Source: Balanoglossus misakiensis (lineage: Eukaryota > Animalia > Hemichordata). Taken from it: 64,000 nt of DNA. A program made the position numbers and the translations under genes. Location: assembly GCA_040954595.2 (NCBI GenBank), contig CM082588.2, positions 9,098,844 to 9,162,843 on the forward strand. Direction: 5' to 3'. Positions 14,101-28,700 of the stretch are shown here, one piece after another (position 1 is the stretch's first letter; the number at the start of each line of letters is the position of its first letter). Under the pieces are notes generated by a model. The model made no database searches. It had not been told where the DNA came from and was given only the letters and a program-made list of their open reading frames with translations.

Positions 14101-15765
14101 GTTCTTTAGAACTCTCATATACTCCATTTCAGCCATATATGGGCGTGTGTAAATTGGAGGTGACTGTATACCTTTAAGGTAGATGACTACCCACATGCAG
14201 TGCATGGTTATCACTTTCCATAATTTTCATGTAGAATTTTGAGAAAACAGTTGTACAATATTGTCATTTCCGTGAAATTTTCAGAAAAGGTGTTAAAAGA
14301 GGAGCATTATTAAATGATATAAAAATATTGGATCACACAACATAGTAAATGATACTCTAAATAAAGAAGAAAATTTCTTATAATGAAGTGTTTGTGTCAG
14401 ATTGAACAGTTAAGGTTGATCTCCACAAGCACTCCATGCATGTTATCAGTTCTATGATTATGAAAAATGATTCCTACCAACACATTCTGTTTCATATAGG
14501 GCACCCTCTCTGCCTGTAGTGTAGCCAGTTGGGCATGGTTGACAAGCATCCTGGTTGAATTCAAAGTTATATGTTCCAACAGGGCATTTCTCACATCTAT
14601 AGGACTCCTGATTCAAGTACCAACCAACATTGCAGTAAGCTGTTGATGGAATGGAAAAAGAGCATATAATAAAATTGGAGGATTATCATTATTCTGAACA
14701 ACTGAGGCACATACAACCTTCAGTTCAGTTCTGTACAGTTGAGATACAACATGAAAATGTGTATACTTACGAACGTTACAATCTTCACTTGAGGTTGAAC
14801 CGACTGTTCTTGTGGTGAAGCCAAATGGGCACGGCATACAAGATGGCTGAAGTTCGGCATTTGATCGATAGGTTCCAATGGGACACAATTCACAAGACCC
14901 ATTGACACTAAGTTGGACTCCCACTGATTTACATACCTCTGTAATTGAGAAGATTAATTTTTTGATATTCACGATTATCTGCTTTTCACTCACGTGAATT
15001 TGTTAAACTGTTGAATATGTTACATATCTGGCGGTTCTAAAGTAAAAACCTACTCGGAAAAAAGTTTACTGGATGCCGAAATATTGCTTGTCTGTCACTT
15101 ACAAATGATAACGCCATGGGTACGTCACATGGCCAGATCATGTGATTGATAGTCAAGAATAGCAAATAACACAAGTACCTACCCTGACATTGTGATTCAT
15201 CAGTAGCTCCTTCAACTAATGTAAGCATTCCCTTAGGGCAAGTATTACACACAAACTTTCCTTCTTCTGATTGCCAGAATCCAATGGGGCAGCTTTGGCA
15301 CTGAGAAGTCCCGTTGTCAAAGTAGTGACCAACATCGCACCTCTCTGCAATAGACATCATTATTGAAAGTTATTTTTTCAACCAAAGAGATGAACATTCC
15401 AATTGTCATTCTTTCCATATTGGATCACACCACAATAATTTGATATATACGTCACAATTCCCGGCAAGGGGTATGGGGTTTTATCGGGCCAGTGGCATGA
15501 GTGAGGATAGATGCTAGTTTTGGAAGCAAAGCGGACAAAATACAGCTAGATACTAGGCTATGGCTGTGGACGAGGAGGAGATATTGCCTTCTGTTGTACA
15601 TACCAAAACACTGCAAGATGGATAATGATCTCTTTCCCCTGGTGACTCCATTATTTGGACAGGCATTGCATGCTGTTTGTCCTTCAAGGGGTTGATAATA
15701 TCCAATTGCACAAGGATGGCACTGACTCAGCTCAGTGTCATGGTACGACCCTTCAGGACACAATA
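11133..15765 (-). CDS. Four GCC repeats (15604-15765, 15183-15344, 14771-14938, 14478-14639), 2 EGF (13169-13291, 12084-12212), TM exon (11722-11818), cytoplasmic last exon (11133-11397)
   Basis: [27 protein letters not shown]; acidic tail with YNPMY; stop codon at 11133. Confidence 0.9.
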
Positions 15766-18700
15766 CTGTGGAAATACAAAATGTTGAAGGCAGATGTATA
15801 CATTGTTCATGTACTGATCATTATGCATTAATGGTTTAAAACACAACTACAATTGTAACACACAGCATTCATTTTGGCCAGTTTTTCACTCTTGTGTCTA
15901 CAAGTCGGATGGAAGTTGTGTGTGGTTGAATGTTGATTCACTATATATCCACATGTAGAATAACATTAGCTGTGTCTTCTATCAAACATAATTAATGGAA
16001 AAAGGGCAGCGAGAAAGAGACTTTGTCCCTCCTTGGTATGAGCATATCAAATCAATTATTTCCTTATATCACCTCTTGGTTGGGTTGTATTTACCACTCA
16101 CACTTGTCTTTGATTTGTACAGTGTGACTCACAACCACACTCGCAGTAATACGACCCACCTAACAGGTCATATCAGGCGATATAAACATATTAACATCTA
16201 CACCTTTTTATAATATTAATTTTAGACACAGTTTTAATCCTTTCACCACCATCGTTCAGTCCAAACCCATTGTTTTCTATGGTAAGGTTTGAACTCTACA
16301 GAGGAAACTGGGAGTGAAAGGGTTCAAGTACATAATAACTGAGGAGTATAGGCACTCACCACATTCTTCTCCAACAAGAACACTACCATTGGAACAGAAT
16401 ATTGTACTTTCAACTTGTAATGTCTCAGCGTCGACTGAATATTCAGCTGTATCAAAAGTACCATTCTTGACTGCATCTTCAATAACAACAGCTGCAGCAT
16501 CAGCAGAGCTAATGGATAAAACAACAGACAGAAAATACTTACATATGCCACAATACAATACCAACCAGAAGTGAGTACTGTAAACCGGGTTATTTTTACG
16601 ACAGGAAATTTTCGTGATATCAAAAGAGGCAACTGTTAGATGAGGATTAATTTTCGAGTTCTCATATTTCACTAACTGCATCGTTTTACGGTATATTTCG
16701 ACTGCACTACTCTTTAGAATACAGGATGCCACAACATGAAGGAAGGTGGGCAGAAATAATGGGGTAGACAAAATTGTGAAAATGTTTGAGTATTAAGACA
16801 CAAAATTGTTTTCACTTGCATGAATGGAATATTTTGCAATAATGCAAACACTATCTGTACAGGGAATACAGAGCTGGTCCTCACACAGCCTCGTATCTGC
16901 ACCCTACATGTCACCAAAGTCATTTCAATAGAACAGAAGAGGAAAAAATACTCGAAAAATGACTATTACTACTCACGCATTGGTGGCGAAACTGAACTGA
17001 ACCACAAGCTGAGTATCAGCCTGTCTCTTTCTTCGGTTTGAGGCACCGCAGGTTATTTCAAGGTCATCAAAGTTGCATTCACCGCCACAAATACCAAACA
17101 AATCATTCAGATAGTTGATAGTGTTCATAAAACTGATCCTCAATTGCTGGATGACACCATTGTTACATGTACCAGCCTGTGAATTGTATGACACGCCACA
17201 ATTCACTCCACGTTGAGTCTTCCCAGGAGCTGCAGTAGAACAATACAAACAAACAAATTTTGTTAAAAGATGCAATTTTCAATCGCTCGAACCATGTATT
17301 GACTGAGACTGCAAAACCGCTTAGCCAATCGGCAAAGTTGCAGCTGCTTACCCAGAACAAAATACTGAGAAAATATCCCAAATGTACTGGAGCTTTACAT
17401 TGGGGTAAGCAGATATGATGTTAAAAATTTATCGACCTGAATACACAACCTTGACATACTGTATAGCAAGCATTTTCATAACTCATATTTCTCTTTTCAT
17501 TTATAACTAAAAGCAAATTGTCTCAATACTGGAATCCTCCCTCTCACAACTCTCTCTCTTTGGAGAATTTTTTTGAATGTGCATGTGCAATCTAATGAAT
17601 TTCTTTACTGATATCAAATCATTTTTTGTCTCACCAGAACATCCAGGGAAGGTGAATTCCTCGTCTGGATTCTCAGGATTAAAAGATCCTTCACTATGGC
17701 AGAGATAGTAAGGTGCTGGCAGGCTTGCAAACTTGTATCCTGGTAAACAATCCACCTGACAGAACACACCCGACTCAAACTCATTACAGATGGAAATACC
17801 TTTAACTGGTGGTGCTGGCTTTTCACAATCAAACGCTGCAAAAGGAAGGAGAACACTGTTTATTTGTCTCTCTCTCTCTATATATATTTCTTTATTTCAT
17901 CTATCATCCAACAGGAAAATACTACCCAAATGCCCATATCTCAGAGGTCGCGTTTACGCAATAAGTACCGGTATGCGTATTTGACGCCAAAAATACTCAT
18001 TTGAAAATCTTATTTGCACATTTTTGCACAATGGTCAACGTAAACCATAGGCATACTGCTGACTATCCCCTGGGATCAAAATAATCACTTGTGCACGCAA
18101 AGTTTGTAAAATGTAACAACTACTAGTGCGCCCAACTTTTGTACTCAAAACGTAGCTAATTTTGTTTTATGAATATTGAACTAGACATGTGTACGACGAA
18201 GGCTTAAAGCAGTTTGACGCATTCTTTTTGATGAATGTGTTAAAAAAATGTTACATCGACGTCTGATGTCTAGGTAACGAACCCACAACCCTCTTACTGT
18301 GAGTCTGATACCCTAGCCACTAGGCCACAATGCCTCTTTATTACACAGTCAAATCTGTTTAAACAGAACACCAACACGTTAACATATGTTCTATATAAAA
18401 GGGACTAGAAAAACTTTTGGTTGAAGACAGGTTTCCCAATCAGACAGGGCTTGGTTTAGACGGGTTTGAGTGTCCTTGTATGTTATAATTTTTGATAGTT
18501 ACATGGGACAAAAGTGGTGATAATGATGCAATCATATTACTGTAAAACGTGAAATTTTCGCTAACAATAACTTCGAGAGAGCAAAAAAAATGAAAACAAA
18601 CAGTCACATAAAATGTTTTTCAGAGATAACGATGCAGTTAGTGAAATACTGTAAAACGGAAAATTAATTCTTGCATAACAGTTGCCTCTTGATATCGCGA

Positions 18701-19719
18701 AAATTTCCCATTTTACAGTATGTGACAAGACATTACATGGGACAGGGATGGCAATCAGTCCAGATAATAATTAATTTGTATATGAATAATAAAAAAATTC
18801 ACTCACGCAGTACATAGAGTAAAAAGTTGCACTGTGCATTGTTGCCAGCTGTATCTGAAGCAACATAGCTGATCTGGTAGGTTCCCCAGGAAAAGGTGTC
18901 ACCTGTAAGAACAAAATTATGCCCATCAAAATGTACACCTATTACAGCCATGGGTGTTAAAGCCATTTTTACTTTCAAACTTAGAATGGTCCACATAGGA
19001 TGTGCTGGCCATATATAATAGTAATAATAGTATCTACAAGTTACGGCCACAAGAATAAACTGTACCAGTATGCTTCATACTGACCATAATCTTAGGAAAG
19101 TTATCTCAGCTTGTTGGTTTCAACACTTTTTTTTCTGTTCAGATCAACCCCCACCCCCACCCCAAAAAACAAAAACAAAATTTTATTAGTGTGAATGTTA
19201 TATATTATCTATATTCAGAAATGATGTTTTATAGGAATCTTACCCATTGTATAGGTTTGTGTCACATTGGCAATGGCGACATCATCTGTAAATATAGGCT
19301 CCTGCCATACTCCTGTTGTCAAGCTATTAGGACTAATTATACGGGTCGTATTGGGACAGTAAATGACTTCAGGAGCGTGTTTATCTGAAGAAAAAAGTGA
19401 AAGAATAGTAAATGTGTGTAAATGAAACCACTGGTCCACACCCCCTATGCATATACTGGTACATTTAGGTACATGCACTACTAGATGTTAATATCTGCAA
19501 CTACACTGTCACATATTCATGAGAAATCCAGATATTGTTAAGTGCCTGTTTTCTGATACATGCCAGTGAATAGACTAGATCACTGTCAAGAGACACTAAA
19601 AGATAGGAAAGGAGTCATGAGATGCTATCCATGGGCTTGACTGATATGATCAATTGCACTCATGATACGCCTAACTGTTGGAACAGCAGAAACTGATGAT
19701 GATGATGATGATGATGACA

Positions 19720-19752
<33 letters not shown>

Positions 19753-22700
19753 GTGGTGGTGATGATGATGGTGATGGTGATGATAGGGATGATGATGATG
19801 ATGATGATGATGATGGTGGTGATGAAGATGATGATGATGGTGGTGGTGGTGAATAGTATCAGTACATTCAGTGTTAAATACATGTAGCAACAAAAAGAGT
19901 GAGCGACACAGGCATGGGCAGATGATGATTCTCTATACTTCCTAAAGTAGGGAGATTGCAGGCTATGTGATTGGAGTACAACACACAGCAGCTAGGGGCT
20001 GGTGAATGTACACAGGAAAAACTACTCAAAATTTCACACAGTTTTCCCTGGACAGAAACAATGTTACAAGGAGAACATTGTTAAAGTAAGGATTTAGAAA
20101 TTATCAACTCCATGAATCTGATCCAATTTCTCCTCGTCAGATTATGCATAATATTTTTTATAGTAATGAATAAGTCTATTTACCAACAGGTGTGCATGGG
20201 GAACCAGAGTAACCAATTGGGCACCCGGTACTTCCACAAGCTGATGGCTGGATTTTGATTACACTACCCAATAACTCTTGATCCATTTCGACCCACATGA
20301 CATGGTTGCCAAGTGGACTATGTGAACAGTTCAAAGCCAGACTCTGGATTTCAACAGAAGTCAATGTATAATCGTATACATTCATCTGTGTAACATCACC
20401 ATGGAAGCTAAAATAGTTGTCAAGGAGTCCATTTTCGTCATAGCTTTGACCAAGAATTACCATACAGCTGTTGAAAAACAAGAGAATAATGAATTCATTA
20501 AAAGTGCTGGTAAGAAGTTGTCAAAAATAAACTGTGAAAATCAGTATCGTTCTGCATATGTTCGATTTTGAAAGTGCCACAAACAAAGATAGCTTTGTTG
20601 ATGTCCATAGTTTGCTCCCTTGATTTGTTTTTGCCAGTTTTGTTGTGAGTCGCAACATGTGATGATGACATTGTATTGTCTTGTCTTGTAGGAGTAAGAC
20701 AAGCTACCTAGCAAGTAAGTTAAAAAAAGATAACTGATTCAAAAATAAATGGTTCACTTCTCTTGAGGCTTGGGAAAACTTGACAGTATAGGAAAATATA
20801 GAATTTTAACATGTGATGATGACAATTTTCTATGGCTTTGTAGGAGTAAAATATGTTCTGAGTTCCACAAGCAACTTACTTTTCTGAGTCAGCGATACCT
20901 GTCCAGGATGGAAGGGGTGATGTTACTGCAACACCATTCAAGTAAACTGACACAATACCTTCTTCAATTACCATGACAACATTATGCCAAGAGTTGTCAT
21001 CAACTGATACGGTTACACCATTTGTAATGACAGATAGACTTCTGTCCAGGACAAGAAGGGTACTATCAACTTGGGTTAAGCTGCCAAGAAATTCAAAACA
21101 GAGATTAGACATAAATCGGTGCATCAGCTGTTACTTTTGGGAAATTATACAGAAGTATGCACTGAACTATGTACAAGTATTATGAACCCTAAGTATGAGT
21201 GCATATGCAAGTTTAAACCAGACAATTAATAAATCTTCGCCGCAAAGGAATATGGCTGCCACTGTGAGAAAATGCAAAATACAATGAAAATGTTGTATTT
21301 CCCACTTTGAAATTTCTAAACAAAGTATTATCTCATCCACTAGAACACATTGATGTCAATGTACTCCCGAGACAGTACATTTCATTTATCATTGTAATAT
21401 TTATTTTTTTTACTGCAGGAACTTTCAACTGTACTGATTGGCCTGGCTGCAACGGGAGGTTGAACGGGAGCTTCTGATTTTAATCAGATTGGTTGCAGAC
21501 TAGAAAGAATAACATATAGAGTACCTTGATCCTTGCAATGCTATGGTAAGATAGACACCTGGTGTTGATTTATCAGTGGTGCTATATCTGACCCACAGTG
21601 ATACACTGAAGTCTTGACTGCAATTAAATGTTGGTGAGACAACCATTGAGTCAGCTCCATCAAAGAAGAGATCATAATTGGATGACTTTTCTGTTTAAAA
21701 TAGAAAAGCAAACATAAAACCAGAACATTAGACTAAGCTTTAAAACAAAAACATGTGCAGCTTATTATAACATTTTTGTGCTGGAATGTTATTTACTACC
21801 GGTATAAATACTTTCAACTATTGAATATTATCAGTTCTATAATATTGTACTTGAAGTTAAAATGAAAAACTAACAAATGAGTTTGATTGCTGGATGGCTG
21901 GCTAGCTAATTGGTGTAGTGTTTGATTGATATTAACATTCGCTATTTCTTTGCTGTCTTATTCTCAGATATTCACCTCATATGCACATAGAAGAACTTGT
22001 GCTTTCTCAAGCCAATCTGAGCACTTGTTATAGAAGACATTATGCACCTGTCAGAACGCATACCAAAAAGCATCGAGTTAGGTGCTTTCAGATTGGTTAC
22101 TTTTGAAAAAACACAAACATTTTCAATGGAGTAGATTCAGATGTAGTGAGGCGCACATCCGAGAACAGAACAGCAAAGAACCAGCAAATGTAATGAATGA
22201 GCCAAGCCTCTATACATCTGATTGTGCAGCTAGCCTGCTTGCTTATTTATACAATATATTCACTGATTGTTAAATAGATTGACAGATTTCAGAGAAAGAA
22301 GAATACATGTAAATGAAATTCAGGCTATAATAAGTAATATGCATGGTACAGCATGGAAATAAATACTGTAAAACGGGAAATTTTCGCAACAGGATATTTT
22401 TGCAATATCAAAAGTGGCAACGGTTATGTGATGATTAAGTTTTTTTGTGTTCTTGTATTTCACTGCATCGTTATCTCTTTAAAAACTTTTAGACGACTTT
22501 TTATTTTTGCTTTATTTTGGCTCTTGCGTAGTTTGCGAAAAATTTAAAGCTCGGGAAAATTTCCCGTTTTACAGTAAACATTACTGAAGAAACCAAGAAT
22601 AGGATCATAAATGGTCAACACACAGTTACCTTTATCACAAAGTGTCCCTTCGAACCTCGGAGGGCATTCACATGTGAATTCCATTATTCCATCAAGACAA

Positions 22701-25700
22701 GTGGCACCATTTTGACACGTCACGTTACCATGGCAGTCATCAATGTTGGTCCCACAGTGGCTGCCTTCAAATCCATTAGCGCACAAACAATAATAACTGC
22801 CTAAAGTGTCGTAACATGTTGAATTATTCTCACAGGGGTACTCATCACATTCATTGATATTATGTTCACAGAAGTCTCCTTCAAACCCTGTTAATGTGAA
22901 GAAAAAAAGGATTATGCCAAACAAATTTATGAAAAAGGGAAACAGCAGCAAACATTTCTGGGCTTGATTCGTGATGCAATCTAAATAGAATGATTATGAT
23001 ATAAAAGCATCCACCACAAAATTACAATATTCTCAGCCCTCTCCTGGTTCTTATGATAGACATACAACATACGACATACAGCCTTTGGTTGACACAACAC
23101 GTCCTGGGTCCATTCTAAATTTATACCTCTACAGCTGCCAATTTTTGAGCATTACACAGTATAAATGATTGTAGTGTGCTATCCGATCAGGTTCCACTAT
23201 ATCTTGTTTTTAAGAAAATGCACACTTTTGGGGGTTTATGACTTCGATATTGGATAAAAAATATAATTCCCGGAAGGGTCTGTTTGTATGGTACATCAGT
23301 AATCTTCAAATTTAATCTCCAAAATCTGTTAGTTACCTGGTTGACAATTACAAGTGTACGTGTTCAGTCCATCAATACATTCGGCTTCATTCTGGCACGG
23401 GTCACCAATGCAGTCATCAATATCCTCATCACAGTTCTTACCACCATACCCAACTACACATCTGTAGGAAAGGAATATTTCACATTAACTTGTCTGCCAA
23501 TTATGTGCAACCAAACTGATTTTTCATAATCCAATAAACATACAAAATTTGATGTGGTACGTAATTAAGCCTCGTTGAATCTTGTTTCAGGTATTTAGTG
23601 GTAGGATCGAGTTAAACGTTTAGGGTCACCTCCAATTTACATACGCCCATATATGGCAGAAATGGCGTATTTGAGCATTCCAAAGAACATACTGGCGCTC
23701 TATTTTTTCGCGTGTGCCACACATTGAAAATCTGTGATTGGCTAGATCTCAATTTACCATGGTAACTTAAGCTAAATTTGCATATGTGACCATATACCTT
23801 AACTGACTACATGTAATTAGATAGTTCAGCTTCCTGACTCATATGATTGGAAAATTTCAAGCATGACATGCAAAAAGGATCAGTCATGTCTATACTCATC
23901 AACTGATTTTACCCTTTCACCCCCAGTTCCTTCAAGGTCCAACCTTACCATAGATGACAATGAATTTGGACTGGACCATTGTGGTGCAAGGGCTAAGATA
24001 GATGTGACGTGGGATCAACTTCTTTGTGTTGGGCGCACCTGTGCTTCTGCACAAAATTTGGCAAAACAAGTTTTCAAACTAATTAATGAAATCAATATGT
24101 GCCGATTTAAAAAAAAATGCATACTTACTGGCAAATGTAATCATTGATGAGGTCAGTGCAGTTGCCACCATTCTGACATGGATCAGGATCACATTCATTG
24201 ATGTTTTGCTCGCAGCGAAGACCGGTAAAACCGTCAACACAACTGCATTCATAGGCATTCACTAAATCATTACAAGTACCACCATTGACACAAGGATTGG
24301 ACTCGCATTCGTTGATTTCATCCTGAAAATTTATGTATCAGTATAAATTTATAAAATTTTATGTTTACTACTAATCAGGTTTTAGTAACAAGGTTATGAG
24401 ATGACCATTGTTAGGTCTAATAGTATTTTGTATCAGTGTTGTCATGGTAATGGATAGTACCCGACAGCTCTTAAAAGTTCGAGAGAAACTACTGGGTTTG
24501 TTGCAATTTAGCAGTTGCAGTTAAGCATCTCTGGGTCTGGTCTGCAAAGGAAAATTCACTTTTCTATAATAATTAGACTTATTGCTTAATCACAACATGT
24601 GGATATGTTAAGTTAAAAGACCAACCTGACAGTTTTGCCCAGTATATCCTGGCAAACAATGACACATGTATGCTTCAGTTTCAACAAGGACTTCACACAC
24701 GCCTTCGTTAAGGCATGGGTTTGGCACGCACGGTTCTGTCTGGTTTTGACAAAGGTAGCCTATAAAAATAATAATGCTAGGAATTAAATTTTGTTTTAGC
24801 GGTATGGACCAGTCAATGTAAAATTCAGGACATAAAATGCCAGATGACATTACTATTGAAAAACCTTATTGTGTAAGAGAATTGTGATCAAGTAATTATC
24901 ATAGACTGCAGGGATTTAAAATATATATAAATCTAAATACTGTAAAATGGGTTATTTTCGCAACAGGAAATTTTCGCGATATCAAAAGAAGCAACTGTTA
25001 CGCAAGGATTAATTTTTCGTGGTCTCGTATTTCACTTCATCATTATCTCCGGAAAAAAAATTACGCGACTTTTTTTTCCAGGTTTTTTTGGCTCTTGCAT
25101 ATTTTACGAAAAATGTATTGCTCACAAAAATAACCCGTTTTACAGTATATAAATGTTCTGCCAATGCTAATTGCACATCACTTTCTATTAATTTTAAAGC
25201 TCCATTAGCTGTAACTTTTTGGTATGTTTTCAATATTTTTGTTTTGTGTGTTTACTGCAGGTTTTTGTTTGAATACTTAACACATAAGGAAATGCCTAGC
25301 ATCTAGTTTATCACCACAACACATATGTGCATATAAGTCACCATTATTACTGTGCAAAATTTGAATTTAAGTCTTGACTAGCATTCATTTGTCAAGAATA
25401 AACAATGACTGTTCTGCACATACATCAGTGTTCGCGCTAGCGCTCGCCAAATTCGCTATAGCGAAATGAAATTCAATTTGGCGAATTTATTTTGCACCCA
25501 ATTCGTCACTTTGGCGAAGTCTGAATTTGATCCCGGCAGCTTCGATCGTGATCGTAACTCAGGCATTCTCACGGCATCCATTTTGTTTGGCGTTGTTCTG
25601 TTAATGATCATCACCCCCTGTATCTTGAACATCGTAAGGCAATGCATTGAATTCAGCTCTTCCAGTTAGTGACCGCACTCGCTTGATTTCCTGTATGTGT

Positions 25701-28700
25701 CTCTGGGGACGCAAAGAATGCATATGCGTCTTTTCCTAATTTGCATGTTTTGAATGGGTTATGCTTACAAATTGATACATTTAGGTCTGCCTTGACTTGA
25801 ATGCGTCAAGTATACAGGTTGTTATGGAAGTTTCTTTTTGATAAGGCGATTGTAAAGCCAAAGTAGTTTCAGAAAAGATAAATTCCCATGCTCTTATTTA
25901 GTGTTTTGGCATCTGTACTGTGAGTACTTTTGGGTCTACCTACAGACTGACTGTAGGTAGACCCAAAAGTACTCACCGAAATTATCCAACCACAAGAGTA
26001 AAACGAACAGCAACTTCTCTGCCAAAGTCTCACCTGGCTTTGCTAGTTTGGCTTCAATTCTAGTGTTCTTTTTATATTTTGCATCTTTTTTAAGACTAAT
26101 TAAATTATGTGCCTTGCTTGAGTTTGGTTTAAAATTTAGTACCTCCTTTGACAATTGTACATGTGGCCTCATTTCCAGCATGCCATATGCATACCTCTCA
26201 ATACATCCCTTTCCAGATTCCCTTTGCTACGAAAAATGTGAAAATCATGAGACTTGTTGACGTGACTAGCAAATATTTCACAGGACCACTGAATTATACA
26301 TTTTACTGGTCCTGCGGGAAAGTGAACATTTTATAGCAGTGTCGAACCCTGCACTTAGGTCGCTATCACAGACCTCGTTCTCAGTATATTGCTGGATGTG
26401 TTTAGTCTGTGTTTCGAGTCAATGGCAAGTAGGCAGTTGCGTGATTTTTAGGCGGCAGACAATTGCTCAAAAAGCTCAGTCAAGAGAAAACACTGTAGAT
26501 GTATCATCCTTTTATTGCATATCATTGTGTGAAAATAAGTGTTGTGTAAAAATGTGATGGTACAAACATTTGTGTACCATACAAGTATTGTTGTTATAAA
26601 CAAAAGCAATCCAGAAAATGTCATTTGTGTTGTATTTATTTTAAGTAGAAGTAAACATTCGTGTCTACAAATTTATTTGTCAAGCAGGATAAAATTGCGA
26701 AAAAAATGGCTAATCAATTTCTAATTTGGCTAATTGAATTTAGGTGTCATTAGCCAAAATGGCTAATGCTTTTGAAATCCTACCGCTAACACTGTACATA
26801 GTATGGTGACAAGTAGAGTACTTGGTATATATAGCATGCTGTTTTGTTCAGTGTACAAAATTACATTACATTTGGTACACAGAACAAAAATACTGGAAAT
26901 AAAGCCAAAAGTTACAGCTAAAGTCCCTTTAAATTGAAACATGTACTTTCGTACGACAACAAACATTAAACAGACTCACCAGTCCAGCCATAAACACATG
27001 CACATGTGAATCCATTGACCTCATCTTGGCACATTCCACCATTTTGGCAGAGAACGTCCTGGCAATCATCTATGTTATGTTGACACATCGATCCTCGGAA
27101 TCCTTCCACACATTCACATCTCCAGGAGTTCACACGATCTAGACACGTTGCACCATTGTGACAAGGATTTGGTTGACAGTCATCTGTGATACAAATTAAA
27201 ATTTTAGATTTTATGAAATTATGAAGAAAGATTTAAGAATAAGGTGGATAATACCAGTTGTTTATTCTGTGTACTAAGTTCTATTTGTCAGATAAAATTA
27301 CGTACATGACATTTTTGGAGAAGACTAAAAGATTTTCTATTCCAGGGTATTTAACATTCCCATTTTCCAAAGCCTGGGACTTTCCAGAATTTCAACACTT
27401 GATTCAAACAAAAGTCTGAGAAGAATTACCTATATTGTCTTCACACAGCTCTCCTGTATATCCGGCTTTACACTGGCAAGCAAAGTCATTGATCAAATTC
27501 TGACATTGCATGGTTCCAACCAAGTCACAAGGGTCATCTGCACATTCATTGACATCCAATGAGCAGTCTCCTCCTTCATATCCAGGTGCACATGTACAGT
27601 TATAATCAGCAATGAGGTCAATACAGGTGGCTCCATTTTGGCACGGATCAGAAGCACACTCATCCACATCAATCTGGCAAAGATCACCTGAGTATCCATC
27701 TAGACACAGACAGCTGTAGGTTGCATACTGTATGTCTGTTGTGTTGAATTCTTCACACAAGCCACCATTCTGACATGGCTCACTGCTGCACAGTGCAGGG
27801 ATTTCACAATGATTTCTATATAAGAAAACAAAGAGTTTCCATAAAATATGCACAAAGTACAACAATTCCAAAATGCCTGCCTTCACTATTTCAGAACTAC
27901 AGATTAAAGGTATACGGTCACCAATGCAAATATAGCTACTGTTACCATGGTAAACTGAGATTTAACCAATCACACATTTTCAGTGGGTGGCACACGCTAA
28001 AAAAAAGCACCACCATACATGTATGTTCTTTAGAACACTCAAATATGTCATTTCTGATATATATGGGCGTATTTTGGAGGTGACCGTATACCTTTAATAT
28101 ACAACACTGCAACTTGCAAGTCTTACTCCTGCAAAATGGATTAGAACTGAAGTTTTAGAACGGCCCAATGTGTGTTAACTTCAATTAAACTGATTCTCAA
28201 TCAAAACATACTGGTAGATGTGACCATGCTTCAAGAGTTGTGTTTGTACGATTACTAGTAGTGACTCAATGAAAGTGGTCCTTACTCTGTACAAGGTACA
28301 TGTACCTTTCCATGTGTTATCGTAAACATTTAGTCTTGAAGGTAGTAATACAAATAACGTGTGAAGCCAAACTACCTTTGAAATGTATAATTGTGAGACA
28401 CTGGCATCTAATTTCACTTTTGGCCTTGAAATCAAGTTATGATCAGATGCATCTCTGTGATGTCGATAGCAAATGACTATGTCTATTCAATTTGGGATAT
28501 ATGTTTTCAATTCCTTTGATTTTGAGAATACTCCCCATAAGCTGTTACAAACCTTTATGAATCTTTCAGTTTTGTTATAATGCATATATATTAGGTACAT
28601 CTGTACAATGTATGTGCACACTTGAACAAAACAAACACTTTAACATAACAAGAGAACATATTCGACTGCTTACCCAATATAATGTGCTGAGCATTGACAG

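Noticed and set aside
19660-19893. Poly-His, poly-Asp, poly-Met and poly-Ile ORFs
   Set aside because: Translations of an intronic (GAT)n microsatellite; the flanking exons join in frame without it
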